Below, piece after piece: positions 35,875 to 45,247 of a stretch of 64,000 nt of DNA. Location: IMG/VR virus record IMGVR_UViG_3300042544_000912, positions 66,899-130,898 of that record; one strand, 5' to 3'. A program made the position numbers and the translations under genes. Origin of the DNA: a virus. Each line of letters begins with the position of its first letter. The stretch's first letter is position 1. The notes under the pieces were generated by a model. It ran no database searches. It was not told the DNA's origin and was given only the letters and a program-made list of their open reading frames with translations.

Positions 35875-35886
35875 TAATTTAAGAAG

Positions 35887-36195
35887 GTGAATGCTATGTC
35901 CAATATTAAATGTATTAAGCTAATCAGTGGCGAGGAAATCATTGCTGATATTGATGAGAGTATTGAAGGTCTCGTTATTCTGAAAAAGCCTCTATTGATT
36001 ATGATGGTACCTAACCAGAATAATCAGTTTGGTATTGGACTAGCACCCTTTTGTCCGTATGCACAGTCCGGAGACATTCCTATCCGCGCCGGTGCAGTAG
36101 TTTCAATTTTCGAACCAGATACTGGAATGGTTAACGAGTATAATGTTCGCTTTGGTAGTGGAATTGTTCTACCGGAAAGTAAGATTATCGTATGA
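35887..36195 (+). CDS. Sm-like-fold hypothetical protein
   Basis: IKCIKLISGEEIIA motif; common position between hsp20 and gp43. Confidence 0.65.
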   Translation: MNAMSNIKCIKLISGEEIIADIDESIEGLVILKKPLLIMMVPNQNNQFGIGLAPFCPYAQSGDIPIRAGAVVSIFEPDTGMVNEYNVRFGSGIVLPESKIIV

Positions 36196-36857
36196 AGAAC
36201 TTTATAGCCGCTCTATTTCTATTCGCTCTACCGACTGTAGCTAATGCGTCCACATGTGACCAGTTCTATCCTAATGGAAAAGAAATCAAGGTCCCCAATA
36301 CGGTAGTTCTGTGTAACTCTTTCTTTGCCACTGTTTATGATGATGTAAACAATGCAACGGTATTTTCTACCGAGATTGCACAGACCCGTGCAGTCAAGGT
36401 AGCCCGCACAGACGATTTCCGTGCTGACAAGCGCATCTCTGATTCGCCTACCCCCGCCGACTACACCAATACTGGCTATGACCGCGGACACATGGTACCT
36501 GCTGCGAATGCCGATGAGAAGCAAGAAATGTCCGATACATTCTTGATGACTAATATGACTCCTCAGTTGCCGTCGGTCAATCGTGTAGCCTGGAAGAATC
36601 TGGAAGAGCGAACTCGCTCTGTTCCCTTCAAGTGGGTCATTACTGGTGCATATTACGGACCATCAATCAAGTGTGATGCAACTGTAAAGTGCATCGGCAA
36701 GGCCAAGGTACCAGTTCCTCTGTTTCTTTATAAGGTTGCCTTTTTCGAGAGCGGAAATGTTGCGGTCTATATTGTTGACAACGTAACTCCTAAGTCGCAA
36801 GTTGAGACCATGAAGCTGGAAGAACTTGAAGCCAAGTTAGGATATAAATTGCGATAA
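36192..36857 (+). CDS. DNA/RNA non-specific endonuclease with signal peptide
   Basis: DRGHMVP active site, NMTPQ and WKNLEE (NucA/EndoG family); N-terminal MKNFIAALFLFALPTVANA. Confidence 0.88.
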   Translation: MKNFIAALFLFALPTVANASTCDQFYPNGKEIKVPNTVVLCNSFFATVYDDVNNATVFSTEIAQTRAVKVARTDDFRADKRISDSPTPADYTNTGYDRGHMVPAANADEKQEMSDTFLMTNMTPQLPSVNRVAWKNLEERTRSVPFKWVITGAYYGPSIKCDATVKCIGKAKVPVPLFLYKVAFFESGNVAVYIVDNVTPKSQVETMKLEELEAKLGYKLR

Positions 36858-36862
36858 ACCTC

Positions 36863-36891
36863 TTTACTTTTGTCATGTTTTATAGTATAAT
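36863..36891 (+). promoter_or_regulatory. sigma70-type promoter TTTACT-17-TATAAT
   Basis: Upstream of gp43. Confidence 0.7.
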
Positions 36892-36917
36892 AGTATTTGA
36901 ATTGAACAAGAGGTATT

Positions 36918-39446
36918 ATGTCGAAATTCTACACAAGCGCACACCAATATGGCTCCAAGATTCTCGTTCGAGGTGTTCATAATGGTGTGCGCTTCAATCG
37001 TAGGGAAGACTTCTCTCCCACTCTCTATGTGAAGAGTAAAGAAGAAAGTGTCCACAAGTCCCTATATGGCGACAATCTCCAGCCTGTTGAGTTCCAAAGC
37101 AACAATGACGCCAAAGAGTTTATCCAAACCTACGGTGAAGTAGATAACTTTCCCATCTATGGTCAGACAAACTTCGGTTACCAGTATATCACGCATAAGT
37201 TTCCAGGTGAAATCCAATGGAGCATGGATTCACTAAAGATACAGACTATCGATATCGAAACATCCGCCGAGTTTGGTTTTCCTGATATCAATAATCCCAT
37301 CGAAGAAGTTCTTCTCATCACGGTAAAAGACCTAGTTTCCCGTCAAATTATTACCTTTGGCTGCGGCGACTTTGATGATATTAACTCTGAAATCATCACC
37401 AATCTCCGCAACCAAGGTTGCAAGTTTCTATATGTGAAGTGTGATAATGAACGTGACCTGCTTGAAACGTTTGTCCGTTTTCATTCCGATAACCATCCAG
37501 ATATTATCACTGGTTGGAACGTTGAACTGTTCGATATTGCATATCTGATTGCTCGTGTAGAGCGGCTGTTCAATGATGAAAATGCCACTAAGAAGAAGTT
37601 TTCTCCTTGGGGTCTTGTGCAGCGCAAGAACATGAACGTCATGGGTCGCGAAATGTTTACCTATGAGATGAAGGGTATTGCGGTTCTCGACTATCTCGAC
37701 CTGTATAAGAAGTTTACTTATTCGAACCAAGAGTCCTACAAGCTGGACCATATCGCAGCCGTAGAACTTGGTAAAAAGAAACTCGAACATTCTTACGATA
37801 GTTTCCGCGAGTTTTATACTAAAGATTGGCAGCGATTCGTTGAATATAACGTTGTTGACGTTGAAATCGTGGACGAACTTGAACGTAAGTTGAAGTTGAT
37901 TGAACTTATTCTCACTATGGCATATGACGCCAAGTGTAATTACAATGACGTTTTCTCACAGGTTCGCACCTGGGATTGTCTTCTCTACAATCACCTGTAT
38001 GATAAGAATATCCACATTCCACAGAAGAAAGACCAGCAGGGTCGAAGCATCGAAGGTGCTTACGTTCAAGAACCTAAGCCCGGTAAGTATGACTGGGTAG
38101 TTTCTTTCGATGCTACCTCTCTGTATCCGTCAATCATTATGCAGTATAACATGTCACCCGAAACTATGGTAAATGGTTATGTCAAAGATACCACCGTTCG
38201 TGGTCTTCTTGATAAGACCTTTGACCTCGATGACCTAAAAGACAATGACTATTGTATGACTTCGAATGGGTATTGCTATAATCGCACGAAGCAAGGTCTG
38301 TTCCCAGAAATCGTAGAGAAGTTCTTTGATGACCGTCAACGCTACAAGAAGTTGATGATTGCCGCGCAGAAAGAATATGAAGCTACTAAAAATCCCAAAC
38401 TAAAGAACGACATTTCGAAGTATAATAACTTCCAAATGGCAAGAAAGATTCAGTTGAACTCTCTCTTCGGTGCCATGGGTAATGAATACTTCCGCTACTA
38501 TGATGCCCGTGTAGCAGAAGGTATCACCATGACAGGTCAGTATATTATTCAGGAAGTAGGTAAAGCACTTGACGTTTATCTCAACAAGGTTGTAGGAACA
38601 AATGGACATAACTACTCTTTCTACTCTGATACTGACTCTTGCTATATTTCCTTGGAGCCTCTTGTTAATAAGTTTTATCCTGACATGGACCGCGATAAAC
38701 TCATTGGCGTTCTCGATAAAATCTGCGAAGAGAAAATCACAGAGGCAATCAACAAGAGTTGTGATGGACTTGCGGACTACACGAATGCATTTCAAAAGAA
38801 AATTATATTCAAACGCGAGGCAATCGCGGAACGTGGCATCTGGGTTGCAAAAAAGAGGTATGCGCTTAATGTCTATGACAACGAAGGCGTCCGTTACGAT
38901 GAGCCAAAACTCAAGGTCATGGGCCTCGAAATCGTCCGCTCGTCTACGCCCGCGCCCGTTCGCACGAGCCTCAAAGAAGCCGTCAGACTCTGCCTGACTT
39001 CCGACGAGGCAACTCTACAGAAGTTCATTGAAGATACCCGCGAAGCATTCTACAAGATGTCACCAGAAGAGATTGCATTCCCGCGGGGTGTCAATGGCCT
39101 ACAAAAGTATACTTCATCTTCGGACATCTATGCGAAGGGAACACCGATGCATGTTCGTGGCGCCTTGATGTATAATCATATGATTAAGAAAGCCAATCTT
39201 GATAGGAAGTATGAATTAATCCAAGAGGGTGAAAAGATTAAGTTTCTTTATCTCAAAGAGCCAAACACAATGCATGAAAATTGTATCGCTTTTCTTGGAA
39301 CTATGCCAAAAGAACTTGACATTCACAAGTATATAGATTATAAGATGATGTTCCAGAAAGCATTTCTTGACCCACTTAACATGATTGTAGACGGCCTAGG
39401 CTGGTCTACTGAGAAAAAAGCAACATTAGAGGACTTATTCGCATGA
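36918..39446 (+). CDS. gp43: Family B DNA polymerase gp43
   Basis: Exo DIET and GWNVELFD; pol FDATSLYPS, KIQLNSLFG, YSDTDS and KKRYAL. Confidence 0.97.
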   Translation: MSKFYTSAHQYGSKILVRGVHNGVRFNRREDFSPTLYVKSKEESVHKSLYGDNLQPVEFQSNNDAKEFIQTYGEVDNFPIYGQTNFGYQYITHKFPGEIQWSMDSLKIQTIDIETSAEFGFPDINNPIEEVLLITVKDLVSRQIITFGCGDFDDINSEIITNLRNQGCKFLYVKCDNERDLLETFVRFHSDNHPDIITGWNVELFDIAYLIARVERLFNDENATKKKFSPWGLVQRKNMNVMGREMFTYEMKGIAVLDYLDLYKKFTYSNQESYKLDHIAAVELGKKKLEHSYDSFREFYTKDWQRFVEYNVVDVEIVDELERKLKLIELILTMAYDAKCNYNDVFSQVRTWDCLLYNHLYDKNIHIPQKKDQQGRSIEGAYVQEPKPGKYDWVVSFDATSLYPSIIMQYNMSPETMVNGYVKDTTVRGLLDKTFDLDDLKDNDYCMTSNGYCYNRTKQGLFPEIVEKFFDDRQRYKKLMIAAQKEYEATKNPKLKNDISKYNNFQMARKIQLNSLFGAMGNEYFRYYDARVAEGITMTGQYIIQEVGKALDVYLNKVVGTNGHNYSFYSDTDSCYISLEPLVNKFYPDMDRDKLIGVLDKICEEKITEAINKSCDGLADYTNAFQKKIIFKREAIAERGIWVAKKRYALNVYDNEGVRYDEPKLKVMGLEIVRSSTPAPVRTSLKEAVRLCLTSDEATLQKFIEDTREAFYKMSPEEIAFPRGVNGLQKYTSSSDIYAKGTPMHVRGALMYNHMIKKANLDRKYELIQEGEKIKFLYLKEPNTMHENCIAFLGTMPKELDIHKYIDYKMMFQKAFLDPLNMIVDGLGWSTEKKATLEDLFA

Positions 39447-40507
39447 GCGCATTACTAGATAAACTGAAAAAGAATAGCACCATTAAAGAAACGAATGTGC
39501 TATCAGAAAGCAAACTCTTTAGCACCAAAGATTTAATTCAGACCGCGGTGCCAGCCTTGAACGTGGCTCTGTCTGGTAAGCTAGATGGTGGTCTAACACC
39601 TGGGCTGACCATCTTTGCTGGTCCATCGAAACACTTTAAGACTGCATTCGCAATGATGTTGGTAAAGAGTTTCTTGGACAAATATGATGATGGTATTGTT
39701 CTGTTCTACGACTCAGAATTTGGTGCACCGCAATCATATTTCGAGAACTTCGGTATTGATACCGGTAAGGTTGTTCATACCCCTATCACCGACATTGAAC
39801 AATTGAAACATGATATTATGAAGCAAGTCAATGAACTTGAACGTAAGGACCGTGTCATGATTGTAGTTGACTCTGTTGGTAACCTAGCTTCTAAGAAAGA
39901 AGTTGATGATGCCCTAGATGGTAAGTCGGTTGCAGATATGACTCGCGCCAAGCAGATGAAGTCTCTGTTCCGTATGATTACGCCACATCTTACTATCAAA
40001 GACATTCCGATGGTAGTTGTCAATCACACTTACATGGAAATCGGTATGTTCCCGAAGGCAATCGTCTCTGGTGGTACAGGCATCTACTATTCGGCTGATA
40101 ACATCTTTATCATCGGTCGCCAACAAGAGAAGCAGGGTACCGAGATTGTTGGTTATAACTTTATCATCAACGTTGAAAAGTCACGTTATGTCCGTGAGAA
40201 GTCCAAGATTCCTATTGAAGTTACCTTTGAAGGTGGTATCAGCAAGTGGTCTGGTCTGCTAGACATTGCACTTGAAAGCGGTCACGTAATCAAGCCGTCT
40301 AACGGATGGTACCAGATTGCTACCGAAGAAAAGAAGTATCGCTTGAATGATACATACAACAAAGAATTCTGGATGCCAGTTCTGACCGACCCAACATTCA
40401 GCGAGTGGGTTGAAAAGAGATACCGCATGGCAGGTGGACAAATGATGGAGGGTGAAAATGTGGACATTCCTGACGAAGATATTTCAGAAGAATACGAAAA
40501 TCTGTGA
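39443..40507 (+). CDS. uvsX: RecA-like recombinase UvsX
   Basis: GPSKHFKT, FYDSEFG, DSVGNLASKKE and VVNHTY motifs. Confidence 0.95.
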   Translation: MSALLDKLKKNSTIKETNVLSESKLFSTKDLIQTAVPALNVALSGKLDGGLTPGLTIFAGPSKHFKTAFAMMLVKSFLDKYDDGIVLFYDSEFGAPQSYFENFGIDTGKVVHTPITDIEQLKHDIMKQVNELERKDRVMIVVDSVGNLASKKEVDDALDGKSVADMTRAKQMKSLFRMITPHLTIKDIPMVVVNHTYMEIGMFPKAIVSGGTGIYYSADNIFIIGRQQEKQGTEIVGYNFIINVEKSRYVREKSKIPIEVTFEGGISKWSGLLDIALESGHVIKPSNGWYQIATEEKKYRLNDTYNKEFWMPVLTDPTFSEWVEKRYRMAGGQMMEGENVDIPDEDISEEYENL

Positions 40508-40679
40508 CCAATGTGGTTGCGGCATCAATCCTAAGAAAGATGCCGCAATCTGTCTTCATGGTTCAGAACATGGCCTAACTTTTGAGAAGTGGGTATGTGA
40601 AGATTGTTGCATGAAGATTGCTAATGAGTATGAAGAATATTTTGAACTAGAGGACTCCGCAGTTGTCGAAGAAAATTGA
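40458..40679 (+). CDS. Small Cys-rich (zinc-ribbon-like) protein at the T4 gp40 position
   Basis: CDQCGC...CEDCC; SD GGAGG favours ATG 40458; fills an otherwise empty 155-nt gap. Confidence 0.55.
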   Translation: MWTFLTKIFQKNTKICDQCGCGINPKKDAAICLHGSEHGLTFEKWVCEDCCMKIANEYEEYFELEDSAVVEEN

Positions 40680-42051
40680 AACAATTATCCTGAGTAAGTT
40701 GATTTCGGATGAGGATTACCTGCGTAAGGTAATCCCATTCATTAAAGATGAATATTTTACTGACAATGCCGAGAAGTTAATCTATCGGTATATCAATGAG
40801 TTTGTAGCCAAATATAATTCTCTTCCGACAATTGATGCAATCAACATTGCTCTACAGAATGACCGTAAGGTGAACGAGAAAGAGTATCAGCATGTTACTG
40901 AAACTCTAACTGCACTTGATGATGAAGTAGATGCCAATGAGAAGTGGCTTCTAGACCAGACTGAAAAGTTCTGTAAAGACCGAGCCGTGTATAATGCCAT
41001 CATGCAATCTATTCAGATTATCGATGGGGAAGACAAGGTGCATTCGCAAGACGGCATCCCTTCCATTCTTCAAGATGCATTATCTGTGGGCTTCGATAAC
41101 AACGTAGGCCATGACTACATTGATAACGCCGAAGAACGTTTTGATTTCTATCACCGTGCAGAAACTAAGCTGCCGTTTGACCTCGAGATGTTCAATAAGA
41201 TTACCAATGGTGGTCTGCCAAATAAGACATTGAATATTGCTCTTGCTGGTACTGGTGTTGGTAAGTCGCTGTTCATGTGCCACATGGCAGCGGGTGCATT
41301 GGGTCAGAACAAGAACGTTTTGTATATCACCATGGAAATGGCAGAAGAACGTATCGCAGAACGTATCGATGCTAACTTGATGAACGTGAACATCCAAGAA
41401 CTCAAAGACCTTTCGAAGTCCATGTTTGACCAACGCATTGCAAAGATTCGTTCGAAGACAGAAGGTCGTTTGATTGTCAAAGAATATCCAACTGCATCGG
41501 CTCACGTTGGTCACTTCAAGGCTCTGTTGAACGAACTCCAGTTGAAGCGAAACTTCAAGCCAGATGTTATCTTCATTGACTATCTGAATATCTGTGCCTC
41601 AAGTCGATACAAAGCATCTTCTGGTGCAAACTCTTACACTGTCATCAAGGGTATCGCAGAAGAACTCCGTGGTCTGGCAGTAGAGTTTGACTTGCCAATC
41701 GTTTCTGCCACTCAGACGACCCGTAGTGGTTATGCCAACTCGGACGTTGAACTGACTGACACCTCAGAATCATTTGGTCTTCCCGCGACGGCTGACTTGA
41801 TGTTTGCCCTTATCGCAACAGAAGAACTCGATAAGATGGGCCAATTGATGGTAAAGCAGTTGAAGAATCGTTACAATGACCCGGGTATGAACAAACGCTT
41901 TATGGTTGGTATCGACCGTGGGAAGATGAAACTGTATGACTTGGAAGATGATGCCCAGGCTGGTATCATGGACTCTGGACAAGATGATGTTCCAGTGTTT
42001 GAAAATACCACCATTGGTAAGCGGAGAGATTTTTCAAAGTTTGAATTTTAA
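40663..42051 (+). CDS. gp41: Replicative helicase gp41
   Basis: AGTGVGKS, ITMEM, KEYPT, IDYLNI, SATQTTR and QLKNRY; TTG start with SD GAGGA. Confidence 0.95.
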   Translation: MSKKIETIILSKLISDEDYLRKVIPFIKDEYFTDNAEKLIYRYINEFVAKYNSLPTIDAINIALQNDRKVNEKEYQHVTETLTALDDEVDANEKWLLDQTEKFCKDRAVYNAIMQSIQIIDGEDKVHSQDGIPSILQDALSVGFDNNVGHDYIDNAEERFDFYHRAETKLPFDLEMFNKITNGGLPNKTLNIALAGTGVGKSLFMCHMAAGALGQNKNVLYITMEMAEERIAERIDANLMNVNIQELKDLSKSMFDQRIAKIRSKTEGRLIVKEYPTASAHVGHFKALLNELQLKRNFKPDVIFIDYLNICASSRYKASSGANSYTVIKGIAEELRGLAVEFDLPIVSATQTTRSGYANSDVELTDTSESFGLPATADLMFALIATEELDKMGQLMVKQLKNRYNDPGMNKRFMVGIDRGKMKLYDLEDDAQAGIMDSGQDDVPVFENTTIGKRRDFSKFEF

Positions 42052-42052
42052 C

Positions 42053-42081
42053 TTGACAAACTCTTATAAATGTAGTATAAA
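42053..42081 (+). promoter_or_regulatory. sigma70-type promoter TTGACA-17-TATAAA
   Basis: -10 ends 9 nt before the tRNA. Confidence 0.75.
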
Positions 42082-42090
42082 ATAGTTTAT

Positions 42091-42167
42091 GCGCCGTTAG
42101 CTCATCTGGATAGAGCGCGAGACTTCTAATCTTGAGGCAGCAGGTTCGAGTCCTGCACGGCGCACCA
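42091..42167 (+). tRNA. tRNA-Arg, anticodon TCT (reads AGA)
   Basis: Acceptor GCGCCGT/ACGGCGC, D-arm GCTC/GAGC, anticodon stem CGAGA/TCTTG with loop CTTCTAA, T-arm GCAGG-TTCGAGT-CCTGC, encoded CCA. Confidence 0.95.
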
Positions 42168-42182
42168 TATTTAGGAAATATT

Positions 42183-42509
42183 ATGTCGAAGAATAAGATT
42201 GATTTAAAATTGGTTGTAGGAACTTCTATCTGGGTTAATGTTGGTAGCGAGGAAGTTCCTCTTTGGCGGTCAGTAGGTGCCAAAGAATACATAATCAAGT
42301 ATTTTACAAAAGAACCCACTCTGGAAGAAATTGGAAAATGTGTCGAAGAAAACAACCACATTCTGCAAGGCGGAGATGCAAATACTCGCGAAATACTAGC
42401 CGGTTGGCAGCTATATCTTAAAGATGCTATGACACACTCTGAATTCTTTCAGGTAAATCTGAACGGTAACATTGATTTTCCTCCGACTGATATAACAATT
42501 AATGAATGA
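42183..42509 (+). CDS. Hypothetical protein
   Basis: ATG 42183 with SD AGGA; the longer 42132 start overlaps the tRNA. Confidence 0.55.
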   Translation: MSKNKIDLKLVVGTSIWVNVGSEEVPLWRSVGAKEYIIKYFTKEPTLEEIGKCVEENNHILQGGDANTREILAGWQLYLKDAMTHSEFFQVNLNGNIDFPPTDITINE

Positions 42510-43215
42510 CATAACATTAATTCATACATATTACAATGAACCAGACCATCTAAGAAGAAACTTAGAGACTTGGTACACATTCGATTTCCCAATTAAAATT
42601 ATGATCGTGGATGATGGGTCAATGATTCATCCAGCGTATGATGTTTTAAAAGATGTCTCTCTACCCGAAAACGTAACTCTTTCTCTCTATAGAGTTAAAG
42701 ACGATATTGGTTTCAACTCACATGGTGCCAGAAATCTGGCTGCTAAGGTTGCAGATAGCGAATGGTTATTGTTTCTTGATATAGACCACAACATCCATAA
42801 CTGGAATTTGAAAACTCTAGTAGAAGAAGCCGAGTTGAAATCCCATGTGTTATATAAGTTTGGTGGGGTAGAATTTGTTGCCATAAAACATATAGACCGT
42901 AGAGTTACCGTTAATCAGTTTCTTATCAGCAAAGAAAAATTTGCCGAGACGGGTGGCTATGATGAATCGTATACCTCTGTTCATTGGGGTGATAGACCAT
43001 TTATTGAAGAGGTTGTAGAAAGTTCTTCAAGAATGGTAGTATTTAAAACTATTATTTTGCCCGTCTATAGAGGTGGAAGAAAAATTATTATCGATAATAG
43101 TTTTGAACGTCCTGTGTATGATGAAAAGAGAATGACCATTCATATGCCAGACCCCTATAAGATTACTAATCTTACCACCAAGAGAATCAATTTTGAATGG
43201 GAAAGAATATTATAA
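42502..43215 (+). CDS. Glycosyltransferase family 2
   Basis: IHTYYN, IMIVDDGS, ARNLAA, LFLDID and GGYDESY...WGD motifs. Confidence 0.85.
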   Translation: MNDITLIHTYYNEPDHLRRNLETWYTFDFPIKIMIVDDGSMIHPAYDVLKDVSLPENVTLSLYRVKDDIGFNSHGARNLAAKVADSEWLLFLDIDHNIHNWNLKTLVEEAELKSHVLYKFGGVEFVAIKHIDRRVTVNQFLISKEKFAETGGYDESYTSVHWGDRPFIEEVVESSSRMVVFKTIILPVYRGGRKIIIDNSFERPVYDEKRMTIHMPDPYKITNLTTKRINFEWERIL

Positions 43216-43218
43216 ATA
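43211..43218 (+). promoter_or_regulatory. T4-type late promoter TATAAATA
   Basis: Exact consensus upstream of 43246. Confidence 0.85.
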
Positions 43219-43245
43219 GAGGGTACACTATAGAGATGGACCCTT

Positions 43246-44382
43246 ATGTTATCTTTCACACAATACATTACAGAGGCAACACACACCGGTGGTATTGCTC
43301 ATATTGAGCATCCCTCTGATAGATCATTTGATAGTCAAGACGCTGCACACCACGCATTGGAAACTCTGCGTGGTGTTGCGCATGGGAAAACTCCTATCAC
43401 TCGTAAGATTGATGATAGAATGTCCTTTCATGCTATTCGAACAGCGGACGGTAAGATAGGTGTAAAGTATAAGGGCGCGGGTTCTCACTATAACTATTCT
43501 GCCTCAGATATTGAAAAGCAGCACGGCCATAAACCATATCTTGTCGGTCCTCTAAAGGCACTTCATGCCCATCTGGGTAAAGTTCTTCCTGAAAAGCCCG
43601 GTGAATATCAGGGCGGATATATGAGTGAACCTTCTGGAAGATCGGAATACTCCTCGCATATCTCACACACTCCTAACACAATTGAATATCGTGCAACTGC
43701 GGGTAGTGAAGAAGCGAAGAAGTTAAAGAGGTCTAAGGTCAGTGCTACTATTCATACGGAGCTAAAGGGTCCAGAAAGAACTGCACATCCTATCACGGAC
43801 ATGTCGCACTTTCAATCACATCCCGATGTTCATATGGTACAACATCTGGTATCAGATGAAGAGCGCAAACTTCCTGCCGCTGTTAGGTCAAAAGCCACAG
43901 AGCATTTAGATGCCGCCGAGAAGTTAATGAAGGGTCATACATATGACCATCTATCTGGCCATGAAATCCATCTAAGAACTTACATTAATAGAACAGTCAC
44001 GAGTGGTGAAAAACCTTCTGTTGAAGGATACAGAAAGCATTTGCAGACGGCACACCAGAAACTAATAGATGCCGTCAAGACTCCAGCCGCTAAAGAGCGC
44101 AAGACTGCTACTATGAATACTCATCTATCTCAGGTAGATGCAAATAAAAAACAATTCGAAAGATCATTCCAAATTCACCATCACCTACAACAGGCGACAA
44201 ATCATCTTGCTAGAGGATTAGATCGTGCCGGTGGTGGTGGGTTCTCGACACATATTAATGGTGCAGCCGCTGGCGGCGAAGGCTATGTCGCTCATGGCCT
44301 TAAAGTTGTTGACCGCGAAGGCTTCTCGAAAGCTAACCGAGAGCGTAGTGCAATTCTAAGAGCAAGTAGAGGTAAGAAATGA
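43246..44382 (+). CDS. His-rich hypothetical protein (DUF6267-like) with capsid-targeting-like N-terminus
   Basis: HIEHP, TRKIDD, PNTIEY, GEGYV and LKVVDREGFSKAN resemble a T4-like family usually paired with a cytidyltransferase; starts MLSFTQYITE. Confidence 0.6.
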   Translation: MLSFTQYITEATHTGGIAHIEHPSDRSFDSQDAAHHALETLRGVAHGKTPITRKIDDRMSFHAIRTADGKIGVKYKGAGSHYNYSASDIEKQHGHKPYLVGPLKALHAHLGKVLPEKPGEYQGGYMSEPSGRSEYSSHISHTPNTIEYRATAGSEEAKKLKRSKVSATIHTELKGPERTAHPITDMSHFQSHPDVHMVQHLVSDEERKLPAAVRSKATEHLDAAEKLMKGHTYDHLSGHEIHLRTYINRTVTSGEKPSVEGYRKHLQTAHQKLIDAVKTPAAKERKTATMNTHLSQVDANKKQFERSFQIHHHLQQATNHLARGLDRAGGGGFSTHINGAAAGGEGYVAHGLKVVDREGFSKANRERSAILRASRGKK

Positions 44383-44987
44383 GCGAAGTCCACCATCATA
44401 TCACGCAAGGTAGAATGAACCCAATCACAGTGGGTCATGAAGCTGTTGTGAACCAAGTTCGTAACACTGCCGGTTCACATGGACATACCATCGTTCTTAC
44501 TGGCACACATGATGCTAAGAAGAATCCTTTGACGCCTGAACAGAAGTTGAAACATGCTAAGAGGGCATTTCCGGGTGCGAATGTTCGTCTGCTAGACAAA
44601 GAACATCCAACCCTTCTTCATCAACTGTCAAGACTTCATAGCGAAGGTGTTACGCACTTACACTTGCATGTTGGCTCAGACCGCGCACATGAATTCCATG
44701 CATTGACACACAAGTATAACGGCAAAGAAGGTCGTCACGGTTACTACAACTTTAAGAAGATTACCATCCATACCGTTGGTAAAGAACGTTCCGATGCTGA
44801 CACCGGTGTAGCTGGTGCTTCTGGCACAAAGATGCGCCACCATGCAGCCGCTGGTAACGAAAAAGAATTTCATAAGATGGCACCAAGTGCGATGTCCACG
44901 AAGCATAAGAGCGAACTCTATAAAGATGTTCGCCGTGGTATGGGTCTTCACGAGGCGTTGTCCTTCAAGAAATTCCTAGGAATCTAA
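44379..44987 (+). CDS. HIGH-type nucleotidyltransferase (cytidyltransferase-like), His-rich
   Basis: GRMNPITVGH, KKNPL, VGSDR and ASGTKMR motifs. Confidence 0.75.
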   Translation: MSEVHHHITQGRMNPITVGHEAVVNQVRNTAGSHGHTIVLTGTHDAKKNPLTPEQKLKHAKRAFPGANVRLLDKEHPTLLHQLSRLHSEGVTHLHLHVGSDRAHEFHALTHKYNGKEGRHGYYNFKKITIHTVGKERSDADTGVAGASGTKMRHHAAAGNEKEFHKMAPSAMSTKHKSELYKDVRRGMGLHEALSFKKFLGI

Positions 44988-44988
44988 C

Positions 44989-45237
44989 ATGGGTAAATTG
45001 CTATCATACCTCAAAGATATGATGTCAGAAAATGGTAATCCATCTTCTAAGCGCATGGTGGCAGTTGTATCTACTCTGCTTATTGCAATTGGTTACATCG
45101 CAAATCTATTCTGGGACTTCACCATCGAAGAGTTTATCTTTAATGGTGTAATGTATATTGTCATCGGTACTCTTGGTATTACAGGTGTAGAGAAGTTTGC
45201 GCCAAAGAAACCAACTAAGAAGTCAGAAGAAGAATAA
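44989..45237 (+). CDS. Small two-TM protein, holin candidate
   Basis: Two hydrophobic helices, basic C-terminus, directly before the spanin pair. Confidence 0.55.
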   Translation: MGKLLSYLKDMMSENGNPSSKRMVAVVSTLLIAIGYIANLFWDFTIEEFIFNGVMYIVIGTLGITGVEKFAPKKPTKKSEEE

Positions 45238-45247
45238 GGAATTAAAT

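Noticed and set aside
42132-42182. Extended start of ORF 42132..42509
   Set aside because: Overlaps the tRNA; ATG 42183 has the SD
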